In this document: positions 1-11,471 of the stretch, one piece after another | Numbering within the stretch: the stretch's first letter is position 1 | Layout of the letters: every line of letters begins with the position of its first letter | Source of the DNA: Trichoplax adhaerens | Lineage: Eukaryota > Animalia > Placozoa | Assembly (NCBI RefSeq): GCF_000150275.1 | Contig: NW_002060945.1 | Location: 9,130,011-9,194,010 of the forward strand | DNA: 64,000 nucleotides | Direction of reading: 5' to 3' | The notes under the pieces: model-generated | Database searches by the model: none | What the model saw: the letters and a program-made list of their open reading frames with translations, nothing else | What the model was told of the DNA's origin: nothing | Program-made: the position numbers and the translations under genes

Positions 1-660
1 GATATTTCTTAATGGTTAAGATTATAAAATGTAATTTCCAGATCATCAAAGTATATACTGTTTCTTCAGTAAATCGATATTTCAAAATAGTTAAGATCAT
101 CGATACTTTAAAACCACTAAAGTTACGAAAATGAAATTTAAATCATCAAAGTATAGCTGCTATATCTTTAATAAATCGATATTTCAAAACGGTCATAATT
201 ATGAAATATAATTTTCGGACCATCAAAGTATAGATACTTTTACTTAGGTAAATCGATGTATCAGAATTGCTAAAATTATTGATACTTTAGAATCACTTAA
301 ATTACGAAAAAAATTGGAATCATCAAAGTATATATACTGTAATGTAACTTCCATAAATCGACGTTTCAGAATGGTTAAAAATTATGAAAGTAGAATTTTA
401 AAAATCGTCAAAACATAGATATGTTCGACGTCAGATTGGCTAAAATTTTGAAAATAAAGTTTCAGAATTATCAATGTATAAATATATTAAATTAATTAAT
501 TTTTTCAATACGGTTAAAATCGCGGAGAAAATGAAATTTCAGAATCAAGGGTAGACCCATTTAATAAATTAACTCTTTAAAAAAGTTAAAATTATGAAAG
601 TAAAAATTCTAGGATAATCAAAGTATGGGCGTTTTAAATTAGCTAATATCATGCCAATTT
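1..660. repeat. Degenerate intronic tandem repeat, ~70-100 bp unit, ~8 copies
   Basis: Recurring ATCAAAGTATA...AAATCGATATTTC...AAAATTATGAAA at ~45, 144, 222, 321, 407, 470, 544, 617. Confidence 0.8.
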
Positions 661-701
661 ATGTCCTAAAATGATCAAACTATTTATTCTTTCGCAATTA
701 C

Positions 702-3700
702 CTTGTTGGTTTTCGGAAGACGATGTTGACTCTTCTGCTTCTGTAGTTTCGATAAAGTAAATAATTAATACTATTATTACAATTACTCGTCCAATTTTAT
801 GCTATTACATCTAGCATTTCGTGCATCGTACAATTATTTTGCTGCACTCTTTAAGCATAAAATGCGTATTGTTGTATCATATAGTATTTACATCAAATAC
901 TGACTCCTCGATCAATCATGGCAAATTATACGCTAGCGATAAATGTCGAGCAATCATAACTGCAATTGATATCCAAGAGTGAACAAATCAATTTTGCAAG
1001 AATGAATTAACATTAACTAATAATCAGCTCTCCATAAAAGTAACCGATATGAGACCATATTGACCAACACTATAACTTAGAATTTAACAGTAAGTATTAG
1101 TAATTTTAGTTTAGATTCACGTATGCAACAACCCTATTCTAAGTATAAAGTAGCTTATAAGCCGTATGGATCCTTAAAAAGTAGATCATGCATTAAAGAT
1201 ATAGCTTATACTATAGCAATATTTTTAGCCTTTTAAATATTCGTAAGCGTAGCTACCGTAACAAAACTAGTGCAATAAATAATCGCCTAAAATGACTAAT
1301 ATAGATCCTTAAAGATAGATCAATATCAAAATTACAGATTTATCTCATAGCTCTAAATTTTAGCCTTTTTCAGTTTTCATAAGTATAGCTATCATGACCG
1401 ATACTTCAGTACTAATACAATAAGTAAGCATCAAAATGACTAATAAAAATCACAAATCCTAGTGGATTAAAATAGTCCCCAACAATCAGCAAGTTAAAAT
1501 TTAAGTCTTAGTAAGTGCATTTTACAATCATACCTAAAATAATCTTCATAGAAGGTGCTCCGGCAGCACGACTTTCTTCCTCTATACAGTGATTAAAAGT
1601 ATCGTGTTTGCTTAAAATTAAGTCTAATACAAGCTAATGATACCATCCATCTATAAAATAGCATTTTTTAGCACTTTATAGCGAATATTATGCGAAAATT
1701 GTGTTAGGCAATCGCTAAAGACACTTTTAATAACAAGAAAAAATTTACAGTATAGATGTAAATTATTTACAGTTAATAACTTGAAGTAGAATTTATGTGT
1801 GTTCCAACAATGAACTAAAGGTATATTATGCTTTAAATTCTATTATAACTCTAATAGGAAGGCGCTAAAATTGGACAATTTCCTATCTAAAATAGACTTT
1901 ATAATATCAATAATTACTTTCTGTTGACTCCGTCGTATTGCTTTCTTTACTTTCAGCTTCAGATTCTAATTTATGAACCAAATCTTCAGCTATCCGCTTT
2001 TGAGCTTGATATAAGGATATAATCAAGAAAAGATATAAAAATGGACTATCCAAAATAGATTAAAGGCAATCTTATCAAATATAAATTGTTCATGCTATCA
2101 TTTTTTGGATATTTCATTCTATCATAATTCTGTATACTAAGGCAAAGTAATTTTGTCAAAATATTTCACAACGAATCAATATTATACTTTCTAATTGGAT
2201 AACATTTTCTTTTAAGTTCTTCAATTCTTCCTTCATCAAATCATATTCTTCTTGTAAAGTTTGATTCATGAGTGATTCTTTGGCTAATGATTCCGATAAA
2301 TTGGTTTTTTCTACTATTACAGCTTTTTTCTCATCTTTATCCGTAGGGTAGAGTAAATATTTTCAATTAGAATTTAGTTAGTCCATTATTCATCGTTATT
2401 TTTATATAAAATTCTTGAAAGGATATGATAAACTTCAAATAGTATATTAATCTTACTAAAAATCTTTTTACTTCTTTATATTTAGAGTAACTCACTTTCC
2501 AGTTGGACTATTCTTTGCATCATATCATTTAATTCGGTATCTTTATCTTTTAACTTGGTCTCAATGGCTTCTAAATTCTTGTTGAGTTTATCTTTTTCAG
2601 CTGCAAATTATTGAAATTTGGTTATTAAGTTATGGCAGAAGTTATAGTAAAAGCTGTATAACTTTTCTACACAATGTATTATAGATCATGGCTAATTTTG
2701 ACGAATTATTTTTCCTCTCTACTTTGGTTATAATTATCCTTCAATAAATCATTCATAAAAAAGTAATCTTTCAGCAAATTAACTACAAACCCATTAATTT
2801 ATTCATAGCTCGCTCTCCTTCTCGTTTAACTCTCTCTAGTTCTGTAATTCTGTTCTTTAATTGATCAATTTCAGAGCTTTTGGATGATATTTCTTCCCGA
2901 AGCTTAAATTTTTCATGTTCTAGCGACTGTTTATCCCCTGTAAAATAGATTTTGAATTATAATTCAGGACTACGAGGAACAAGCAATTTGTAGTAGCCAT
3001 AATCCTGATAGCATATAAATGAAAAAATTGAATATCTATGGGCAATAAAAATTTGGCAGGTAGTTTCTTTACCACTTAAAAGTTGAATTTGTGATAAAAT
3101 TGCAGTAACACTCTCGCCTTTAGCAGCATCCTTTGCCTCCATTTCTTTTAGTAATTGCATCATGGATTTCTTTTCATCTACATAAAAATAGAATTTAAAA
3201 TAAAATTTGGAGAATAAACTACAAATATATTCAGGAATGGCAACTGTTGGTTATATCTATGCAGCCATATCCATTTTGATAAAATATTCTTTATACTATT
3301 AAAAACGTGATTCCTTGTCAATCTACAGTACAATGCTAAAATATATATTTGTTTTATTTCGCGAAATGGACTACTGAATTGTGCAAATCTCAGGGCTAGC
3401 AGACGTTTGCTCCTTTAAGATTGGGTAATAAGAAATCTTACTTTGCAGCTCTTTAAGCTCCACGTCTAAGCTATTAATGGTTTCTTCGTATGTTACAATC
3501 TTTCTGCCTAATTCTTTAATTTGAGTATTATACTCAATACCTTTCTTTTCGAGAGCTAGTTTGCCATTATTTAGAGCTTTATTCTCGCCTTAAAAACCAT
3601 AACAGCAAGTAAAAATTATAGTTAGTATTAAGGCATTTTCAAAATCTTAATGCAGTAGAATAACCTATAGCCACTAAGTGGAGTACAGCAAGGAGAATAT

Positions 3701-6700
3701 CCTGTTTACAAGTGTTAATCATAAGCCCAATTTAGCTTCACTGATACCTTTTAATTTTTCTAGTTTAGCCAACAACGTAACTAGTTGTTCGTCTTTATTA
3801 GCCAATTTCTGCTCTGTTGTACGCAAGTTAATGGCTAAAGCTTCCTTTTCCACTAAATGAGTAAATTAAAAAGTCATAAAATAGCCCGTATTCATATAAA
3901 GCGAAGTAGGTAAACAAATTTAATATCAATCATGATCCTTATTCGCAGTACTGTGTATAAATTGTGATTTTTAGGAAAATCTTTACTACTTCATAACCAT
4001 TTATTCTTCGTAATACTATTGTATCCAAGATAGTTGTCAACTAATAATAACTTCAATAGTTGTTTTCATAATTTTATTCTACTTTAGCTTAACTTTGAGT
4101 ATACACTGGTTTTATTAAAGATAGCTACTACGGGTTAACTGATGTAAATTCTCTTAGGATAGGTCAATAATATTCTACTTTATCTTAACGTTTAGGCTTG
4201 CATATCGTTACTAATATCTAACATGTAGACTAATTTATAGGAATTTGTAATTTGCATAGATATTCTACTTTAGCTTAACCTCTAGGCTTAAATGCCGCGA
4301 AAGTATGAACTAGTTAATGAGAGCTTGTAGAGATATGCCCGCGGATGATTTTGTAATAAAACTTTACGATACTTTAATTTAAGTTAAGAGCAGATTTTGT
4401 GAAAGATAGCCACTACCTAACTAACAGTTATGTACTTCTTTTGCTGACCAATATTGTGCTTTAGCTTACCTTTAACGCTTTCGAACTCTGTCTTAAAGTG
4501 CTCAATTTCCTTTTCTAGCTCAATCGTCTTAACTTGTGCATCATGAGCTTTCTTTGCTAATGCGTCATTTCGATCTATAGTGGTGTATGAGTAAATAATT
4601 GTGTTATTAGCACTTGGTATTTACCTCACTGTGAAACCATAGTCACTTAAATTATAAATCTATTATCCTCTTTGCTGCCCTAATATGTCATAAGTTTGTA
4701 TATATATTTTAAAAATTGAAAATCATTTCCATGCTAAGTTGATTAATGAGATACTTAAAAATTTAGCGTTAAATCATTGGAAAGCTTATATTCAGAACTG
4801 CTTTTGAGATTTTTAACTGATTCTTACTCAAATCGAAATAATTAATTTATATACTGCAAGGTATAAGAATTAATTTACATCAACTACTAAATATGGCCTA
4901 TCATATAAATTTAACTCACTTATAACCAGTAGCAAGCAGACTAACCTTGCAAATAACGCAATTCATTTTCTTTATCATTAACTTTACTCTGGTAATATTG
5001 AACACTTTCTGCTAATTTATCTTTTTCTTTAGCCAATTTAGACCTTTCAGCTAGTATTTCCAATTTTTGATATATCATAAACATAATAAAATATTAGCAT
5101 TCGATTCAAATCATTGATGCTGGCAACAAGTATTCTCGGGATTCAAAGTTCGATGAATAATTCCATAGGATATCAGGATATCCGGATAAAATGAAGGGGT
5201 AAATTATGAGTTGTTTTGTACAAACCTTCCAGTTGTGATATTTTACTTTTGAATTCTTGAATTTTGAGCTCGGTTTTATTTCTAAATTCTTCTAAATTGG
5301 CATAATCGACACCTTGTTGAAGAAAAACGATGAAAGGCAATATCATAAGAGAGGTTAGAGAAGGATTGGAAAATTGCTGTAATTTAAATTACTATTTACA
5401 TTACACTAATAATGCTTCTAATGATCAGATAAAAGATAAAATAATCAGAGAGGTTAAAGTGGGATTAGTAAATTGTTGTAATTTGAATTACTATTTTAAT
5501 TATACTTATAATGATCACTCCATTAGCTACTCTGATGATTTCAAAATATAGAAGATAGTTAACATACTAGAATTTCGTCGTTTATCTTTCGATGAAGCTT
5601 TATTAGAGCTAGGAGCATCTAATGTGCTGCTACTTTTTTCTCCTAGACAGGTGTAAGAAGAATGAAAATATTATGATACTTTGTAGAGCTGATATTATTT
5701 TAAGTCCAAATAAACATCATTCAGTAGGCTAACTATATCGCTTTCAATCTATCGATCAACTATTAGCCATTTTTACCGGATGGCTAAAGATGCTAATTCA
5801 ATATCTGCTAAAGCTTACTAATTAAAGTATATTTAAACTGGCAAATATACTGCTGGACTGAGCATAGTATTGCTAGAAACTATCATCCTTTTGCGCTATC
5901 TAAACGATAAGATTGATCTAAAATATCCTTTGACGTATCAATTATACCTTCTAAGCAAATTGATAGTCATACTTTACTTAAGCTAAACGTGCTATTTATT
6001 TTAGCAAGACCTCGAATACTGGCTTTGTCTTCTTTATGTTCATTCGGTGATAGGAGACTAAGATCTGTGTCTAAAAGAAAGCCATATCATCAATATACGA
6101 GTCATTTTATATTTTTTGGACTATATAAGAAAAAGATGATCAATTTTGAAATAGGCAATCAATCCAATTGTATATAAAATTAGCTGTTGTAATGGGACAG
6201 TTAATAAAATGATTCGTTCAATATTACGGATATTTAAATAGAATTCGTTAAATGTTATTCGATATTAACTGTGTCATGAGACATTTAAATAAAATTATTC
6301 GTTCAGTATCACGGAAATTGAAATAGAATTGGTTAAATGCTATTCGATTTTGACCGCGTTATAGGACATGTAATAAAACAATTTAGATTAATGTTATGGA
6401 CTTTGAAATAGAATTCATTAATTACTACTGGATATTGACTGTCATCGTAGGATAGGGAAGGTAATAAAAATGATTATTTTAATATAATATGGACTGTCAT
6501 CACGAGATAGACACAGCAATAATCCATTAAATATGATGCCAGCTAACTGAATTGGAATGTATCTATTTCTGTGATACATTGGCTATCATAAGTCCAGGGC
6601 AAGAAAAATATTGGATTAAATGATCCATTACTGCTATTAAAGTATAATTCATTTATTTTCCTGCTCATTAAATTAACCATAGCGAAGAAAAATGCAATAG

Positions 6701-9262
6701 TTTTAATTGAATATAGAAGAAATACCATTTAAACGGATACTAATCCTTGAATGTTTATTGGAATGGTAAATGGACAATATAGCGATATTAAAAAACTTGT
6801 AGAGTTTACAGTGCGAGTACATGATAAAAGAAACTCCTATCATAAATAACGGCCCATCGAGGTATAAACAGTAGTTATAAATTTGAAAGTAGTTCTTTTG
6901 ATTATATAGGCATTACGCTATTCCAACTCAAATGATAGAAGAAGGATTACCTTGATTAACACTTAGTCTGCTTTCACGCGAGGCTAAATTCTGATTTGAT
7001 TTTCTTTTCAGCGAGTTATCCTTGCTGACGAGACTTTCTACAATAGATGAATAAAAAATGAGACAGTAGAGTTAGCTAATATCAAAGAAAATGGGTAGGT
7101 AATCGATTTAACTTTTCCACCAGTTTTCTAATACCGATAGTCGACAACTGAGCTACCAATTTGAAAGAAAATGTATGCACAATCTTGCACATTTCAGTAC
7201 TAAATTGATAATGCACGTATTTGACAGCTGAGCTATCCATTTGAAAGAAGATTAATGAGATATTGCCCTAACTTCTCTTGGTAAAATTGATCATGCAAGT
7301 GGTCGATTTAATAGGAAATGCACAAGTAATCTATTTTACTTTTATTTTCGTTTACACCACAAAATGAATCAGTAAGTTAACTGATTTAATGGATAATCTG
7401 CAAATCAATGAATCATTGGTCTGGTGTGATGAATTTGTAAACATGTCCGTTCAATTCTCAAACTGAACGTGGAAAAGGATAATACTATCTAGTTTAACCT
7501 ACTACGACTGGATTTCGCTATAGTGAGAAAGAATTAGGCGTAAATTATATTAAAATCATGTTTAGCAGAAAGAATGCTCAAATCTACTCTTGCAATCTAG
7601 TCGAAAAACCATCCAATTGAATTGTATAAAGCAATTACCCCTACTACTGCTACTGCTAACACGACGTCCGTGATTTGTAACAAATTGAACATCTTTAATG
7701 GAATCCAGGATATGTTCTTTATTGGGCATGGAACGAACTAGCTTTTCCAACTTCTGCTTAGCTTTTCTACCGTAGTGGTTGTCGTATAGAATGTAAGTTT
7801 TTTGCGCTTTCCTCATGGCTTTCTTGAGATGCTCAATGGCTTGTTCAGGATTTATCTTAACGCCATATCCGTTCATATACATAACACCTAAGTGGTAATG
7901 AATGCGAACTTGTTTAAACCATTGCTTTTCCAAAGCATTTCGATAGCTTTGTATGGCAGTTTCGAAAAATCGAAATCCTTTCTCGGAATTCCTCAGTAAA
8001 GTACTTGCCGCTTTCGTATAGACTTTCCCTAGGCGATATTTTGCATGACCAGAATAAGATTCATCATCTGAACGAGCAGCATAATCATATAATTTTATAG
8101 CTGAATCAAATGAGGATGGAGAAACCTTTTTCTTCTCTACTAATTTTGCTAATTTAATATACGCTGGAAAGTAATTCATTTTAGCAGCACTAGCATAGTA
8201 ATGCGCTGCTAATGAATAATCGATACCGACACCGATGCCTTTCTCGTACATAAAGCCTAAAATTTGCAATGCTAATTCATTACTTTTATCGCTGGTATAG
8301 TCATGAGCAACAGCTGCAGTTTGGAATAATTTAATAGCATTTTGGACGTTGGATTTAACACCAGCAATGCCAAGTAAATTATATAAGCCAAGATAGTAAC
8401 CGACCACGGTATAATTATATTTGGACGATTGCTTGAAATATTTATAAGCTTTAATTAAATCTTCTTCATGACCAACGGATAAATAGCCAAATAACAAACA
8501 GCCAAGATAAAATTGAGCTCTTGGATGGCCAAGTTGCGCCGCTTTACGCTCATATTCTTCTTCTTTATGCCGATCTTTAGTTACACCTAAGCCATTACGA
8601 TACATTTTAGCACCCAAGTTAAAATAAGCCGAGGAATTACCAAGTTGTGCTCCACGCTCGAAATAATTTAACGCTTTACTGTAATCTTGGTTATTACTAT
8701 ATTTAGTCAATTGTAAGGTAATATAACCCAATTCGTTGTAGATTTGACCAGCTTCTTGATTGGATAACTGGTCGATCGACTGTAATTTTTTCAAGTAATT
8801 AATTCGAGTTTCTTCTAGTGCTCTTTTCCAATGACTTGAGCGCTTATAATGACTCCATAATTCGTCATGGGCTCGGGTAAACCATGGATCTTGCGACGCC
8901 GATTTAAGATACATGTGTAACTTTAATTGAATTAATTCTTCTTCATCGACAATCCGTACACAATCGGATGTTCTGCCGCCTTCTCTAGTACCATATAATT
9001 GATAGGCAGTATATTGAGCGCCAGGATGATTTCCTTCAGCCGCAATTTTATAATTATAAAATGCTTTCATGGCATCTTTTTTAGTCGATCCTAGTCCATA
9101 TTGGTAGACATAGCCTAGTTGGTAGTAAGCGCTTGGATCGTTACTTTTCAAGCTATCTACTCCATAATTTTTAGATGCATCGTCTTGTAATTTAATTTGC
9201 AATTGATTTGCAATATAGTGTTCGATAATATCGTTAATTTCTAATTTATTAATGCCGGCCAT
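702..9262 (-). CDS. Sel1-like repeat (SLR) + long coiled-coil protein, multi-exon, 3' end outside the window
   Basis: Large exon 9262(ATG, MAGINK)..7639 carries many Sel1 repeats (AYYQLGYVYQYGLG..KDAMKAFYNYKIAAEGNHPGAQY; LGFMYEKGIGVGIDYSLAAHYYASAAK; LGVMYMNGYGVKINPEQAIEHLKKA). A G|GTAATT donor at 7638 joins in frame to exons 7037-6951, 6070-6011, 5642-5568, 5291-5226, 5050-4946, 4574-4470, 3852-3748, 3588-3442, 3177-3073, 2937-2791, 2600-2496, 2334-2188, 2004-1918, 1581-1534 and 740-702. All introns are GT-AG and phase 1; the joined frame is stop-free and E/K/L-rich. The Sel1-to-coil junction is inferred, not transcript-proven. Confidence 0.75.
1165..1445. repeat. Diverged intronic tandem duplication, ~137 bp
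   Basis: GATCCTTAAA..TAGATCA...TTTTAGCCTTTT...AAAATGACTAATA occurs twice. Confidence 0.65.
4070..4465. repeat. Degenerate intronic repeat, ~90 bp
   Basis: TATTCTACTTTA(G/T)CTTAAC recurs at ~4075, 4171 and 4261, with related copies near 4370 and 4455. Confidence 0.55.
5333..5515. repeat. Intronic tandem duplication, ~100 bp x2
   Basis: AGAGAGGTTA...AAATTG(C/T)TGTAATTT(A/G)AATTACTATTT...TA(C/T)ACT(A/T)ATAATG occurs twice. Confidence 0.8.
6185..6510. repeat. Degenerate intronic repeat, ~85 bp x3-4
   Basis: AAATAGAATT(C/G)(G/A)TTAAAT..TA(T/C)T.GAT.TT.AC.G recurs at ~6236, 6321 and 6406. Confidence 0.65.
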
Positions 9263-9289
9263 GATACGAAAATTCAAGTCTTTTACCAC
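7562..9289 (-). CDS. Sel1-repeat ORF (uninterrupted ~1.7 kb; probably exon 1 of the gene above)
   Basis: 575-aa ORF in the track with repeated A-x-x-x-LG-x-x-Y-x-x-G-x-G-V...A..Y..AA..G Sel1 consensus units. Confidence 0.9.
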   Translation of the reverse strand: MVKDLNFRIMAGINKLEINDIIEHYIANQLQIKLQDDASKNYGVDSLKSNDPSAYYQLGYVYQYGLGSTKKDAMKAFYNYKIAAEGNHPGAQYTAYQLYGTREGGRTSDCVRIVDEEELIQLKLHMYLKSASQDPWFTRAHDELWSHYKRSSHWKRALEETRINYLKKLQSIDQLSNQEAGQIYNELGYITLQLTKYSNNQDYSKALNYFERGAQLGNSSAYFNLGAKMYRNGLGVTKDRHKEEEYERKAAQLGHPRAQFYLGCLLFGYLSVGHEEDLIKAYKYFKQSSKYNYTVVGYYLGLYNLLGIAGVKSNVQNAIKLFQTAAVAHDYTSDKSNELALQILGFMYEKGIGVGIDYSLAAHYYASAAKMNYFPAYIKLAKLVEKKKVSPSSFDSAIKLYDYAARSDDESYSGHAKYRLGKVYTKAASTLLRNSEKGFRFFETAIQSYRNALEKQWFKQVRIHYHLGVMYMNGYGVKINPEQAIEHLKKAMRKAQKTYILYDNHYGRKAKQKLEKLVRSMPNKEHILDSIKDVQFVTNHGRRVSSSSSRGNCFIQFNWMVFRLDCKSRFEHSFC

Positions 9290-11471
9290 AATAACCTTGA
9301 ACTACAACAAGCATAAATTCGATAAGAGAAGACATTAATAACCCATGGTAGTTATCTCCATCTATTTATAAAATTCTTCCGAATAAGGATAATTTTTAGG
9401 TCATTCAAGTGGTTTGGCTACAACTAGATGGCTAAGAAAGGAATAATTAATTTTGGATTGGGTTAAATATCTTATTGTCAACGTCGTCGTGATGGTACTA
9501 AAAGACCAGATAGAGAGGAGAATGGTACTGAATAGCAGCATTTACTCCTAGATGGAGGTTGGAAGTAATAATGATTACTGGAAATGATACAGAGTTTATC
9601 CAATTGTATCATCCAGTCGACTGGCATTTAATGGAACAGCTGTTGAATAACATCTAAAATCAACATTTATTATCATGCTATTATTGAGTAGGAGGTATGA
9701 GGTAAAATTCCTCCTAGTATCTGGATATAGATCATATTTGCATTGCTCATGAATGGTTCACGAAAGAAACTTATAGTAATTGAATACGTTTAAATAGACA
9801 AACTATGGCAGTAGAATGTTACTATAAGTTAATATTCTGCTAGACGATCTAGTCAACTCTAGCGTAGGTATGAATCAAAATATACTAATTGCTTAACCTC
9901 TTGGATAAAGCATCGTGATCATAGTTAAAATTCAATACCTTAATCTCTGATTAATCCAAAAGGTATTTCCGTATGATTAATGTTTAATTACTATAGAAGA
10001 CAGCAATAAAGCTGTTCTATCAGCCAAAAAACTGGATCGAGAAATAGGGATTGAAGTACAATCCAACAGGTTTCTCTAATTCGGGGTATTGAAAAGTGAC
10101 AAATTTTATAATTGGTTAATAAGAACAAGGCTAGTAGACTATACTGACTGAATTATTATTTGCAATGCAATTATTAGCAGTAGAGCAAATAATATTGGAA
10201 ACTTGGGATTAAAGTAGTTCATTTCTTAAACTTGAATAATCCTAATACGATTACCATGATGGAAGAATTTATCGAGTATTCTTCTAGGCAAAATGAAGTC
10301 AGTTTGGATTGATTAAAGCAGTTTCTCTGATTGTGCTAGCTCCTAAATGCCATCTATATACTAATCATAGGAAAGATCAATAGAGTTTCGAAGTGATTCA
10401 ATTTTTTTCATTCCATTGGTAATCGTTAGTGCTTTAAACAGCACGTAGAAACTATAAACTAAACTTGTAGACGCGATAGAATTCTCTATGATTTAATTTG
10501 ATCGAGTACCGTAGTTTACTAGAATACTATAGCATCAGTGTAGATGGATAAGTATTATACACTAGCATGATAATTTATTTACACGAGTATATTGATATTA
10601 AGCATAACAAGCAATAATAAAATCTCAAGACTACATGCTTCATTTCCTATCTTTAATAATTAATCATCAATGATTGTAGAATTGAGAAAATCCTAAAGCT
10701 GTTTTTCAAGTTTTGTGATCATCCTGATGTTGAAATTATTAATGATATGGGTTTTGGGTAAAGAGATTACGGGTAAATTAATTAGTTTTATCCGGCATTG
10801 TCAAGCATAAAAGAATTAAAGTAATTTGATATATCAGATGTCAAAAGTAGATGAACCTAAGCCATTTTTAGCCTTGAATGAGGATTAATATTAAATTTGT
10901 CATAAATGGATCTACAGTACGAGCGCTAAGTCTAAACCCATTCTAAAAGATGTTTAAATCAGTTCACGATTTATAGATCACAAAACTAATATTAGCTGCC
11001 AAATTGTTTATTTAAATTACTCAATTTCATGGATATCGTATAAAAAAATAAGCATTTCCTTAAGAAAAGCGTTATATAAAAATGTACAGTGAAGGAACTC
11101 AACTAGTTATCAATTGTAAATATCTCTATCTATGTCTACTAAGCCTTCATTCATTACAAGCAAAGCTGATCCAAGTAATATAAAATTATATGAATTTATA
11201 TTACACAGGTAGAAGTATCAATATTTTAAATTGTCTACCTAAGGAGTAATGTTTTATATACAAGACTAATCCGAAATATTATACAACAATTGTAATGAAT
11301 TAGAGTTCATAGGCACTCCATTCTACAGTCTTTACCTAATACAGGAATTCGTCTGATTTTTGTATTATGTCAGCTTTCCTGTAGCAAAGATTATGCATAA
11401 AATTGTTAAGTTTAAATGGACTACTGTCTGATGAATTCATATCCCATCCTAGGCAAGTTCAGTGCGATTTT

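Noticed and set aside
5330-5551. 73-aa ORF with an internal repeat
   Set aside because: Antisense to an intron; the repeat reflects a ~100-bp DNA duplication.
7562-7638. C-terminal 25 aa of the 575-aa ORF (NCFIQFNW...)
   Set aside because: Lies after a phase-compatible GTAATT donor; probably intron read-through.
7562-9289. Sel1 ORF as a gene nested in an intron of one giant coiled-coil gene spanning 1-16951, or as bacterial contamination
   Set aside because: The C10orf67-like frame reaches a stop at 11472 (or 11336), so the two coil-exon series are separate. The Sel1 ORF has in-phase splice signals and sits in ordinary intron-rich DNA.
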